Positions 50,820 through 63,492 of a DNA stretch of 64,000 bases are shown here, in pieces. Both the position numbers and the translations under genes were made by a program. The notes under the pieces are model-generated. The model was given only the letters and a program-made list of their open reading frames with translations. It was not told the DNA's origin and made no database searches. Every line of letters starts with the position of its first letter. Position 1 is the stretch's first letter. This DNA comes from Felis catus (Eukaryota): assembly GCF_018350175.1 (NCBI RefSeq), contig NC_058368.1:2356001-2420000 (forward strand), in the 5' to 3' direction.

Positions 50820-51027
50820 AAAAAAAATTTTTTTTTTAATGTTTACTTATTTTTGAGAGAGTGTGAGCAGGAGAGGGGCAGAGAGAGACAGGGAGAGAGA
50901 AAGAGAATCCCCAGCAGGCTCCGCACTGTCAGCAGTGAGGCCGATGTGGGGCTCGAACTCACGAACTGTGAGATCATGACCTGAGCCAAAGTCAGACATT
51001 TAACAGACTGAGCCACCGAGGCGTCCC
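50820..51027 (-). mobile_element. CAN-SINE
   Basis: Reverse body; TSD cta(c/t)tggga(c/t)t. Confidence 0.92.
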
Positions 51028-51599
51028 ACGCTATTGGGATTATTACTGGAATTACACCGAATCTATAGGTTAGGGGTTACAAATTGGGGTCTATGGACCC
51101 AATTATGCTTGCAGAAATGTTTAGTTGCGTAGCAGGGTGTTTTACACAATTTTGAAATTTGAATGCTTCTTACAGCTGACCCCTTCTCCCCCACCACCAT
51201 CATATTGTACGTTGATTCAATCTACATAATACTTTTCTGCCTGGTCCTACATGTTACTGAATTTGCCACTCAGTCTTACATACCATTCCTTCCAAGGATT
51301 CTCTTGAGGGTCCCAACTTCCTTCTGAAGATACCAGCTGAAGGCTCCAAATTTCCCACTTCCTTATTATGCAGAAATACTTAGCCCATCTTTGTCTAATT
51401 CTGCAACGTTGGCCATACCCAAAGGATATTACTTTTTATAACTAGATAGATTCCTTAAGGTATTTCTTCCAGATAAAAGAACAACTTTTCCTAAAAGGAA
51501 TTCTGAAATCTTAATGTTACTTACTCAGAATATAGCCAACTTTAAAAATAATCTTTTCTTTTATGGGTTTTGTACAAAATGAGAATCATATGATACTAC

Positions 51600-54500
51600 T
51601 TTGCCCCACTTGGTTAACCTGGCTAGAGGTTTATCAATTTTATGATCTTTCCAAAAGTCCAGCTTTTGGTTTCATTGATTTTCTCTATTAATTTCCTGTT
51701 TCAAATTTCAATGGTATCTGCTCCAATATTTTATCTTCTGCTTGTTTTGGATTTAACTTGCTCTTCTTTTTTGAATTTGCTAAATTGGAACTTAGATTCT
51801 GGATTTTAGGTATTTCTTCTTTTCTAACCTGCATTCAGTGCTAACAATTTCCCCCTAGGCATGGCCTTTGCTGTATCCCATAAACTTTCATCGGTTGTAT
51901 CTCCATTTTCATTTAGTTCAAAATATTTAAAACTTTTTTTTTGGACTCATGTTTTATTTAGAAGTGTGTTTTTTAGGGGCTCCTGGGTGGCTCAGCTGGT
52001 TAAGTGTCTGACTCTTGATTTGGGCTCAGGTCATGATCTCGCGGTTTGTGAGTTCGAACCCTGCGTCGGGCTCTGCAGTGACAGGGCGAAGCCTGCTTGA
52101 GATTCCCTCTCCCTCTCCCTTTGCCGCTCTCCCACTTGTGCACTCTTTCAAAATTAATAAACAAACTTAAAAAAAAAAAAGTGGCTGATCTCTAAATATT
52201 GTGAAAACTTCCAGTTACCTTTGTTACCGATTTCTAGTTTAATTCTATTGTGGCCTGAGCGCATGTTCATATGATTTTTATTTATCTAAGTTTGTTTGGG
52301 TGTGTTTGATGGCCGCAGATGTGGTCAGTCTTGGTGAAGGCTCCAGGTTGGAGTGAGAGTGTAATCCTCTGTCGTTGGATACAGTATTCTGTAAGTGTCG
52401 GGTAGATCCGGTTGGCTGACTGGGCTGTGTGGCCACATCCTTACTCATTTTCTGCCTGCTGCTGCCAATCACCGACAGGGGGCTGCTGAAGTCTCCAGCC
52501 TAAGGGTAGATTCACCTACTTCTCCTCGCGCAGTTCTATCAGTTTTTGCCTCATGTATTTTGACGCTCTGTAGTTAGCCACATACACAGTAGGGATTGTT
52601 ATGTGTTCCTTAAGAACTGCCCCCTTTTGTCATGATATAATGCCCCTCTTTATTCCTGAAAACTTCCCTTGCTCTGACATATGGTTTGTTTGTAATTAAT
52701 ATAGCTATTCTAGCTTTCTCCTATTCTATTCTATTGTAATATAGCTATTGTAATTAATATAGCTATTCTAGCTTTCTTTTTTGCAGGGTTAACATGGTAC
52801 ATCTTTCTCCATCCCTTTATTTTACATCTATGTCTTTATATTTAAAGTGAGTTTCTTTTCCATAACACATATAAATGAGATACCTGTCTCTGATTGGTGT
52901 CTTTAGACCTTTCATAGCTAAAGTGATTATTGATATAGTTGCATTACTATCTACGATATTTGTAACTGTTTTCTGTTCATCATTGTTTTTTGCTTCCTTT
53001 TTTGTCTTTTTTGTATAATTGGATTCTCTCCTCTCATGGCATGTCAATTATATTTCTTCAAATATTTTTTAGTGGTTTCCCCAAGGTGTGCAACATACAT
53101 TTATAACTAACCTAAGTCTACCCTCAAGTAACACCATACTGCTTCACGGGTAGTGCAGGTGCCTTATAGCAGAGCATCCCCGGTTCCTCAACCCCACTCC
53201 TCAGAACGCTGCTGGCGTGCATTTCACTCTTCCATAAGCTGTCATCATTGTTGCTATTGTTATTTCGAGAAAACTGTCAGATCCGTTAAGAAAAATGATT
53301 TTCTTGTGTCTTCATTTATTCCATTTCTAATTCTGTTACTTTCTTCATGTAGACCTGAATTTTTTACCTCCGTCATTTTTCCTTCTTTCAGAAGAACTTA
53401 ACATTTCTTTAGGGCAGATCTGTCTACTGATGACAAATTCCCTCAGTTTTTGTCTGAGAAATTCTTTATTTCTCCTTCACTGTTGAAGGATAATTTCATT
53501 GGATACAGAACTCTAGGTTGGTGGATTTTTCTTTCAAAATTTTCAGTATTTTACTTCACTCTCTTCCTGCTTGTATAGCTTCTGAAGAGAGGTATGATAT
53601 AGTTCTTATCCTTGTTTCCCTTTAGGTGAGGTTCCCCCCCCCCCCGACTTCTATTTCCTCTCTGTCTTTGATTTTCGTCTCTCTTCGTCTTTGATTTAAT
53701 TTTCTCTTTGAGATTTTCTGCAGTGTGAATGATATGCCTAGGTATAGGGTTTTTAAAAATATTTATCCTGCTGGGAATTCTGTGAGCTTCCCGAATTTGT
53801 GGTTTGGTGTTTACAAATAATTTTGGAAATTTATCAGTTGTTAATAACTCCGAATATTTCTTCTTTCTTCTTCTGGTATAGCCATTATGTGCATGTTACA
53901 CTTTTTTGAATTGCCCCACATTTTTTGGACACTCTGTTTTTTCCAGTCTTTCTTCTTTTTCAGTTTAAGTCTCAATTAACATGTCTTCAAGCTCACTGAT
54001 TATTTCCTCGGCCCAGGGCACTATTCTTATGAGACCATTAAAAGCACTCTTCATTTCTATCGTAGTGTTTTTTACTTCTACGTTTCCTTTTGATTCTAAG
54101 AGTCTCTCCATCTCTGCTTACATTACCTCTCTGTTATATGTTGGGTACTTTTTCTACTGGAGTCCTTAGTTATATTAATCATGGTTATTTTACATTCTGG
54201 TCTGCTAGTTCCAAAACCTTTGCCATCTTTGGATTTGGTTCTGCTGTTTGCTTGGTCTCTTCAGACTGCCTTTTGCCTTTTGGCATGCCAACTGACCTTT
54301 CTGAGAGCCAGCTACGATCTAGCAGGCGAACGTTACTCAAGGAAATAGGTCTTAAGTGTGAGGTTCTGTTTATCTGGACGACGTCAGGATGGGTTTACCG
54401 TCTGCTCTGGCTGCCGGTGTCAGAGGCTACAATTTCCTCTGGTGTCCTTGTTTTGTCTCCTCTGCTTTCATTTCCCTAGAGACTCCTTCGTACACACGGC

Positions 54501-55260
54501 CCGAGAGGCACAGTTCTGTCAGTCGGAACCCTCTGTCAGACGGGAGCCCTGCTGACGTGTGGGGAGGTGGGGGGGAGAAGCTCTTCCAAAGCCTGTGGTT
54601 AGGTCTCAGTCGGCTAGTGAGCCTGTGTCCCCGGGCTGTGATCCTCACAAGTGCTTTCAGGTTTTTGTTCCTTCTTAAGTGAGACAGAAAGGCTAGAGGG
54701 GGCCAGAGGTGGGTACTACATTCCTCAAGGTTGGTTAGGCTGTGGTAAAACACCAGTGGGTCGGAATCTGGTAAAACAGTGTCCTGTCTGTGCAGGCCTT
54801 CCTTCGCTAAGGAGAACTGAATGCTCTGGGAGTATTTCGGATAATTACTTTTCCCTTCCCCTTGAGGGAAGGAGGGAAGATTTTTCTCAGATCTCCACTG
54901 TGACACATGGTGGGGCTCCTCTAAAACTCACAAAAGTACCTGGGACCCTCGTGGCTGGGTCTTCACAAGTTCTTCTCTCTCAAGCTAGCCCATGCTCAGA
55001 CTCTAGCAATTAGCCAAACCACTCTCTAAATATGCCTACCAGATGCTGGCTGCAGTGGTGGTTTCTGGGCAGTTTCTGCCCTGGGTAAGCTCTGCTTCTC
55101 TGTATCTGCCCGTCCCCAGTTTTCAGGTCCCTGCGCCCTGTGGTCTCAATTCTCTGATGGATCTAAAAAGAGTTGCTGATTTTTAATGTTTCAGCTTTTT
55201 TCTTGCTGTGAGGATAGGAATCACCGTGTTCAAACTCTACACATTGGGAGGGGCTAAACT
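51600..55260 (-). mobile_element. Old L1M 5' half (5'UTR, ORF1, start of ORF2) with nested SINE
   Basis: ctggctagaggtttatcaatttt...; TISIITLAMKGLKTPIRDR (EN start); ORF1-like atttctccttcactgttgaaggataatttc. Confidence 0.75.
51976..52180 (+). mobile_element. CAN-SINE
   Basis: ggggctcctgggtggctcag head to A tail. Confidence 0.92.
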
Positions 55261-56256
55261 ACATTAAAAAAAAAAATTCTTTTGTATCTCTCCAGTCATT
55301 TACTTAGACTAATTAGTTTTCTAGCGGGAATTTACTGCAACAAAGTGAGTACATGTTTTAAGGGTTTTGATACATACTGCCAAACTCCCCTCCAAAGAAG
55401 AGGTAACCAAAATAACCTACGTTTATTTTTCTGCTCACAAACCTTCACTGGTCCCTCACTGGTCACAAACGATGTCCACCCAACTCTACCAAACACACGA
55501 GTCTCTGACAGTTGCATAGGGTTACTGTACAATATGGCCCTTATCTGTTTTCCGGTTTGACCTGTCACTACACCGAACCCAGTTCTTCGGTTTTAGTGTC
55601 TACAGCATGCCACGATGATTCATTTTGTTTTTGGTCAAGTCACGTCTCAATCTCGACAGTGCTCTCCCAAGTCTTCGTGGTCTTTTCAACTCAACCTGCA
55701 CTCTGTTACTGCTCCCTGAGGCCTCGCCCACACAGCTACCTACCGCACAGTACTTCTAGCACACTCTGACAGGGGTCAGCGAGGCAAGGAGTTTTCAGAG
55801 AACACGTCTATAATAGAGGGCACAGAGGACAGGCCCCAGTTTACTCTCTGCAAAGTAAAAGGGACTAGTTTAGGTAATAAAACTAAGAATTTCTAACATC
55901 ATTTGGAGTAACTAAAAGTTGACGGTTTAGGGCAGAAAAGTACAGTGGATTTTTGCTTCTTATTGTATTTGTGGGTTCCCCCCCATTGCTCTAATCTAGT
56001 TTCATTTTTTTTGCCCAATTTAAAACACCAATAGCACCAAAAACTAATATCCTGAATAAATTTATTCTATTAAGAACCTAGTTAGTGACATTTAAAACCG
56101 TACCTATTTTTCCTCTGGCTCTTTAGAAAAACCCATATACAAAACAACTATTTCTTAGATAAATACATAAAAAGTTGAACTAAATTTGTGTCACAAAGAA
56201 GATAAAGTCTAAACAATAAGCAAATGCGTGGCACAAAGAATTATAATTAAAATGAA

Positions 56257-56483
56257 GGGGCGCCAGGGCGGCTCAGTTGGTTAAGCATCCGACTTCAGCT
56301 CAGGTCATGGTCTCACAGTTCGTAGGTTCTAGCCCCGAGTCGGGCTCTGTGCTGACAGCTCAGAGCCTGGAGCCTGCTTTGGATTCTATGTCTCCCTCTC
56401 TTTCTGCCCCTCCCCTGCTCGTGCTCTGTGTCTCTCTCTCTCTCTCTCTCAAAAATACATACACATTAGAAAAAATTTTAAGA
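56257..56483 (+). mobile_element. CAN-SINE, antisense to MICU2, about 100 nt from the exon 2 donor
   Basis: Full body; flanks aaaatgaag. Confidence 0.93.
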
Positions 56484-56585
56484 AAATGAAGAAAAGCTGT
56501 TACCAATTCTGAAAAATAGAATTTTTTCAGCCTTAATGTTTGATTTTTTTTAAAAAAAACTTAAAAAATCCCAAAAACAACTCAC

Positions 56586-56730
56586 GTTCCATTTGCTCAA
56601 ACATTACTGAAAAGAGGAAGTCTCGCGGTGTCATGTAATATTCGCCCTCATGTTCCAGTGAAGAAAACTGCATGAAGCGCTGTTTACGAAGGGACAGTTT
56701 TTCTCCCATCTCTCCAGAGTCGGCCATTTT
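56586..56730 (-). CDS. MICU2: MICU2 coding exon (exon 2 equivalent), 145 nt, phase 0 to 1
   Basis: Translates KMADSGEMGEKLSLRKQRFMQFSSLEHEGEYYMTPRDFLFSVMFEQME(R), matching recalled MICU2. Acceptor ctttttcttttAG at 56731-56732; donor GTGAG at 56585-56581. Confidence 0.96.
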
Positions 56731-57184
56731 CTAAAAGAAAAAGAGATTGCAATTTAAGACTTTTTTTTAGGATGAGTCCTCAACTTAGCTACTTTTAACA
56801 CGATCTGGAAAGAGTAGTTTCAGTGTCTAGGTCTACCAATCTCCGCATGTTACATCGTTCGTTTAACAACTATTTACTTGAGTGTCTACTTGCCCCTCTT
56901 TTAGGCTCCAGGAGACAATGGTGAATGACAAGACAGAGTGGGAAGATGACAACTAATGAATACACACAGAAAATCATGGAGGATAATGAGAGGCGCCAGG
57001 AAGCAAGAGCAAAGCCGGATAAAAGTCATAAGGGGTAGTATTTTAGAGAGGACGGTGAGGGGGGGCCTTTCTAAAGAGCTGACACTTACAGAGACTAAAT
57101 GAGAGCAGTCATGGAGCCACGGGGCTCTCTGGAGGAAGAGAATTAGAAGCAGGGGGTAGAGTAAGATCCAAAACCATGAGATTC

Positions 57185-57185
<1 letters not shown>

Positions 57186-57234
<49 letters not shown>
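57186..57234. repeat. (GT)n microsatellite within an L2 remnant
   Basis: About 24 GT units. Confidence 0.95.
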
Positions 57235-57236
<2 letters not shown>

Positions 57237-58351
57237 CTAGGTAAGCTAGAAACTGTTCAAGGAACAGTGTGGCAGTCAATGAAATCAGAGAGATGGGTAG
57301 GCAAGAGTTCAAGTACAGTTGTGCTTTTTCACGAAGATAAAACATATCATGTCTGATAAACAGCCCTGCTTTCAGAAATCTACTTACGTCACAGGTGGAA
57401 AGTGCTAAAAGGATAAGAAATGGGAACTGGTAAAATACTATTAGTACAAGAGCCTGTATATCTCAGGCAACGGCACCTAGATCTTGACTCAAACGTGGAT
57501 AGAGACAATATCGAAATCTTTGTTGCTAACCCTTCGTTGAGCACTTGTTATGTGCTAGGGACTATACTAATAAAGCCTTCCACACGATTACTCAGTCCTC
57601 ACCATAACTGAACAACAGATACTGCAGGAGGCATGGAGACTAAAGTCAATGGCACAGCCAGTATAAAAAACCAGAAGTGTCCAACTCGCAGTGTTTGGAC
57701 CCTTACCTACCACACTCACCTCCCATCCAAGGCCAGGCATCGTATCCTAGACATATGGAAGAAGACAACACAGGGGTTAACGCAGACACCAATGTCAAGA
57801 TAGCAGTAGATGCAGAAATCCGAAAGCATCCTCTCACCTTGGATTGTTTTCCTTACAACACTGCTCTGATCTGAACCACAGCATCCTCCCTGGACACATC
57901 ACTTTCCTTTCACAGTTACTACCACTGAACCTATTATTTGCCCTGACACACAGTGATGTTCACTGACTAGAATCGAAAGGGGGGAAAAATGTGAATTCTA
58001 GTTGCTTCAACCTCTCCAAATTCAAAGCCAACAAAATTCTAAGTCCACATCTCCTTTTGGGCTGATCTCAGTCCTTTGCCTAGTGTTAATGCTCTCTCCT
58101 CGGTTTGACTGTTGCTTTCTTCGACCAGCTAGTTTCATACCTCTGTGGTGGTCTATGTAGTGCATTCCAGAATACTAAACATACATACTCAGTAATACTG
58201 CAATGATCTGAACCCCTATCTTCCCCAGAACTTGTCTATTTGTGTCTTTCCTTTTATTTCTCCTTAAATTACTGCCACAAAAATAACCCAAGAGTCATGT
58301 TTTAATTATATTACTCCATACTCTTATCCTAATCATCAGAAAAGTGAATTT

Positions 58352-58475
58352 TGGGGCATCTGGATGGCTCAGCTGGTTAAGCGTTCAACTCCTGAATTCA
58401 GCTCAGATCATGATCCCAAGGTCATGGGATCGCGCCCTGTGTTGGGGTCCACGATGAGCATGGAGCCTGCTTAGG

Positions 58476-58524
<49 letters not shown>

Positions 58525-58572
58525 CTCCCCTACCCCACTCATGCTGTCTCTCTCTAAAAAGAAAAAAGGAAG
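58352..58572 (+). mobile_element. CAN-SINE (older subtype) with (CT)n expansion
   Basis: ggggcatctggatggctcag head; gagcctgcttaggattctctctc. Confidence 0.9.
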
Positions 58573-58983
58573 GAAACTGGATTTTATTAACACTCCAAAC
58601 ATTTTATATATGAGGTAGATATAGTAACAACATTATTATTTTATTTAAGAAACTGATACCGAGTATGTGTAGGGAAACAGTGGTAAACAAGACAAACGTT
58701 AATTCCTACCAGCATGTACTAAGTGCTTTGGCAGTGAAAAAAAGGATACAAATGAGATAGGGGAGAGCGGGTAAGGGTCTTCTCAGTAAATGTCACAGCA
58801 CTGCCAAAGTCCTAGATATGAGAGAGAATACAGTACAGAAGAATGGAAAGAAGTTAAGGGCATATATACTATTAGTTTAGAGAATAGTTCTATTTACTAT
58901 ACTAATATTATTGTATAGTTTATTAAGAAATTAACAAAAGTGAGTGATCCATACAAAAATATAGTGTAGTTCCAAATTCTTTA

Positions 58984-59198
58984 AAAAATTTTTATGTTTA
59001 TTCATTTTTGAAAGACACAACAGAGACAGAGCACAAGCAGGGGTGGGGCAGAGAGACAGGGGGACACAGAATCCGAAGCAGGCTCCAGGCTCTGAGCCGT
59101 CAGCACAGAGCCCGACGCGGGGCTCGAACTCACGAACCACGAGATCATGACCTCAGCCAAAGTCGGACGCTCAACCGACTGAGCCACCCAGGTGCCCC
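58984..59198 (-). mobile_element. CAN-SINE
   Basis: Full reverse body; TSD ttccaaattctt. Confidence 0.94.
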
Positions 59199-60934
59199 TA
59201 TATTTCCAAATTCTTAAACAAACGTCTTTTTTTAATGCTTCCTAATATCTAAATTGCTCCTGACTAATTAAAAGAACAGCTTTTTGCCCAACTTAATCCT
59301 TTTTGTGTAAACAAACTCTTAAATTTCAACCAACTAAAAGGAGTCAATTACTCATTTATGCTCCTCCTCAAATGGTTTCGTAACAGGATGGACCGTTACC
59401 TCTGCGTCTCTTGGTTTTCATGATGTCCTCCCCCTTGTAGCAATCCTATTCTTTCCTGGTGTGTCAAAAATGACCAAGAAGTAAAAACAAACCTTCCACT
59501 ATTTTACAGCAAGACATGAAAACTACTTGCAAAGAAATCCTATTTTTTTCTTCTAGGAGATTTAGACCCTAAAAACCCCCTATCTCATGGTTACCATTCC
59601 ATATTTTCCATATGCCTGTATGTCTGTAACTTGCATAAGCATAACATTTCCGAAGAGTCTTGAGAAGAATCAATTATTCTGGGAAGTGCCATTTTAAATA
59701 ATGGTCGACTGGGTTGTCATCCCTTCCAGTTTTGATTAAATATCCTCTCCAGTGAACAAGAAAAAGTAGAGGAGGTGAAACTAAAACTCCCTTTCACGGG
59801 CGGATCTCTGAGCTTAAAGTTGTCATATGAATCACAGGCCATGAATTTAGAAGGTCACTTAGAAGCACATGACCTCCAAATTTGTCCTACCACCATGACT
59901 TTATCAGCAGATGGTATGAAATACAACCGTCTGACAACCCCTACTAACACCCTCACAATTCACTCTGGTATTGTGGCCTTTAATTCCTGCTACTTCGTGG
60001 TATAAACAAACCTATTCTTTCAACTACCTACAAACCTTTCAACTCCCATGGCATTACTCCCATGGCATAATGTCTCTTTTTTTCCCTCATCCTTTCTACT
60101 ACCTCTCCCACTCTGCTTACTGAGTATACAGCTATCACTTGGAGGTCGCCACCATCGTCGATTCTAATCCTACCACTTCTCTTATGGAACACAAAGTGGA
60201 AGCTCCAAGTCAGTCTCTTCCTATTAGTCTTTCCCGCATCCTAATCCACCCTTCAAGTAAAAACTTACTGGAGCATCTACTAACTTGAGGTCTCTCTAGG
60301 AAGAGACAGGACACGTTGAGTCAAGGCGGCAACAGGATAGCAGTAAAGCCTAACAATAATAGCTTGTGTTAATATGGAGTATACGCAGGGCAGCGTGCTA
60401 ACGTCTTTACAACCTTCGCGATAACCCCAACAGCAGACATCTTTACCATCTTCATTTTACAAAAGAAGAAACTGTGGCTTGTCAAGTGTTAGCGGCTCGC
60501 TCAGATTAACACAGCAAGTAAGTCCACAGCATAGGCAGTGTGACAATAACCCCAGTCTCAACCACTACCCTATACTCGCTCCTCTAAGACTTACAGAAGT
60601 TAGCAAAACAGAGAAAGCAGTGTGGGTAACGATGGCTGAGGAAGCTCGTGAAAACAGTGGGATTTAAGCTAGGCTCTAGAGAATAAAAATGACTACAACA
60701 AGAATTAGCCACATTTAGGCCTGGGCTAACTGTTGTCCATTTCCTAAATGTTAACTATGGCTTCTCTCCTTCAATCAATGTAGGATTTCTAATGTTTCTT
60801 TGCTACAATGAACTTTACCTAGGGGGGGGAAGAGTACTGTTTTAAAATCACTAGAACCTTTATAATTCCAGGTTGATGAACCAACAAATTAGTTTTATTT
60901 AGGTCACCTTTACCATACAGTAGCTGAATTTTAA

Positions 60935-61043
60935 GTTCAATTAGTTAGTTAGTTAATAATCTCTACACCCAACATGGGGCTCAAACTCATGGCCCCAAGA
61001 TCAAGAGTTGCACACTTCTCTGACTGAACCAGCCAGGCACCCC
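60935..61043 (-). mobile_element. Short old carnivore SINE
   Basis: taatctctacacccaacatggggctcaaactcat...gccaggcacccc; flanks tgaattttaa. Confidence 0.8.
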
Positions 61044-61081
61044 GGTATTGAATTTTAAAAACCACTAGTATAATTGATGTG

Positions 61082-61091
61082 ATATATATAT

Positions 61092-61127
<36 letters not shown>
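61082..61127. repeat. (TA)n/(CA)n microsatellite
   Basis: Direct reading. Confidence 0.9.
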
Positions 61128-61129
<2 letters not shown>

Positions 61130-61434
61130 TTACTTCACAGAATTTAGATGATAAATCTAGATCACTGAAGTATAAACATATGACACATAATGTTACATTT
61201 AATTTTCCATTTTTAATCTTTTATTTACCTGTCAGGTTTATTCCTGCCTTACTTCATTTGTGTAACCAATTCTGATCATATTTCAGACTTCCTGGATGGA
61301 TTTAATTGTCAAGAATGAACAATTTTTCCTTCCTCCCCAACTCTTTCTTTCATCTGCGTTCTTTTCCTAAACACATGCTTGCGTGTTCTTTTCCCACCTT
61401 CCCTTCTTTCCTTCTCTTACATGTTTCAGGTGGA

Positions 61435-61790
61435 TTTATTTATTTATTTTTAAAGGTTTTTAAAAATGTTTATTTATTTGAGAGAGTGGGAGAGAGAGAG
61501 AGAGAGAGAGAGTGAGCGAGCGAGCAGGGCAGGGGCAGGGAGAGAGGAAGAGAGAATCCCAAGCAGGCTTTGCACTGGTAGCACAGAGCCTGATGCAGGG
61601 CTTGATCTCTTGAAATCATGCATGACTGAGCTGAAAATCAAAAAGTCAGATGCTTAACTGACTGAGTCTCCAAAGGGCCTCTTAAAGATTTTATTTTTAA
61701 GCAATGTCTGCACCCAGTGTGGGGCTTGAACTTACAACCCCAAGATCAAGAGTCTCACGCTCTACTGACTGAGGCAGCCAAGCATCCCCA
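61435..61790 (-). mobile_element. Two stacked SINEs (CAN-SINE about 61455-61680 inside or next to a short old SINE about 61685-61790)
   Basis: Two SINE heads; outer flanks tttcaggtgg(a/c)ttt at 61424 and 61801. Confidence 0.8.
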
Positions 61791-62284
61791 AAACAGGAGT
61801 TTTCAGGTGGCTTTGTAAAAATTGTTGGCTGCTGTTTTCATATTCCTTGAACGATTACTGTTGTTGTTATTATTGTTATTGATATTGTTTTGGGTACTCA
61901 TTTGCTTAACCTCCATTCATTTCCTTTAGTCTCTTTCTCACTTTGGCATATATGTGGCCTATCTATGGTAGGTTGGGCTTGGTAAACTGAACTAAGGCAA
62001 AGACATTGGCTTACAGACTTTGTAAGTGTCATCAGAATATCAGTTTAGATGGAAAGGATGAGAAGGAACAATAAAGGTCAAAATATTAAAGTTATATCTG
62101 AGAGTAACAATGTATGAGCAAATCGTAGCTTAGTATTCTTGCACATCAGGCAACGAAAAGCTCATTAATTCATTCTCAAACGTTGAAGAACCTGTTATGT
62201 GTCACTGTTCTGTAGATACATAGATGGGTACTATGAGGTCTTCCTTCAAGGAGTTTACAGGGGGGAGTGCTGGATAGCAAATAA

Positions 62285-62825
62285 ATAATAAGAGCACTGT
62301 CTCTCAGGCCAAACTGCCTGGGATTCAAATTCCTGTTCTGTCCCTTACCAGACATGTGAAATTTGGACCAGTGACCTCTCTGTGCCTCATCTGATTCATA
62401 TGAAAAATGTGGAAACTGGAATCAAACTACTTGGATTTAAATGCCAGCTCTATCAGTTGGTCAAGTCGTATTATCCTTCTTCACTTAACTAATGCATAAA
62501 ATGGACAAAACAGAAGTCACTACTTCAAAAGGTCTTTTATTTATTTTTTAGTCATTGAACAAAGTTAAGTGTAATTAACATGCAACGTTACATTACTTTG
62601 ATTCAACAGTTCTATAGGTTACTCCATGCTCAGCACAATACATGTAGTCACTACCCGTCACCATACAAAACTGTTGACTATACTCCTTATGCTGTATCTT
62701 TTCATCTCCCTGTATCATTCAAAGGCTCTTTTAAAGAATGAGTGCTCAGTGAAATAATACACAAAGCCCTTATCATAATGCCCGGCACACACTAAGTGCT
62801 CTAGAAGGTTAGCTATTACTACTAT
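62285..62825. mobile_element. MIR remnants with an inserted L1 3' tail (about 62535-62715)
   Basis: tgcctgggattcaaattcc...gtgacctctctgtgcctca..; aatgcccggcacacactaagtgctc. Confidence 0.55.
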
Positions 62826-63399
62826 GATACAATTTTAACAAATGCTCTAATAGAATTATAGAAAAAATTCTATGAGAAGGCAGAGAGAGGACCAATGAAC
62901 TGTCTTGTTACTTGGAAGACTTCAGAAAGGCATCGCAGAGCAGAAGATGGTTGAACCACATCACACAAGAGGGGGTACAAGGAGCTGCAGTACAGCAAAC
63001 TATACTAAAGTCAGTTCTGAGCTTGGTGGGGGGGGCACATCCATGGCGTAGAGGGTTGCTGGGGTACATGAAAACATAAATGGACCGAAGAGGAGAATGG
63101 CACACACACTACACTGGAAAGGTCATCTTGGCTACTGACATTTTCTTCTGTTAATTTATACAACAGCCACCATATATGTGGGACGCTGCAACCTACCTAG
63201 CCGATTCTACAGGAAACTCATACCACTATTCAACACTTACTCTTAACCTACAAATAGATCTAATAAGTTTCAGCATCCCAGCACATTAAAAACATTAAGT
63301 TATAAATGCTAGAGGCACATACACTGATGGCAGAAGTGAGATCTAAATAGCCTGACAGTGAGATAGGAAAGAAGACAAATGTACAACAGACCTGGCTGC

Positions 63400-63492
63400 A
63401 AGAGTCTGAACCAATCACCATTGCGACAACCAGTCAGTAGCCTCGAGAAGAGTCTGAACCAATCACCGTTAGGACAACCAGTCAGTAGCCTC
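63400..63492. repeat. Tandem duplication, 2 copies, 48-bp period
   Basis: aagagtctgaaccaatcaccattgcgacaaccagtcagtagcctc and aagagtctgaaccaatcaccgttaggacaaccagtcagtagcctc differ at 3 of 45 positions. Confidence 0.92.

Noticed and set aside
10870..59198. Recurring peptide family GAWVAQ...SAQVMIS..VGSSP.SGSVLTA.SLEPASDS as a repeated protein domain
   Set aside because: It is the translation of CAN-SINE bodies.
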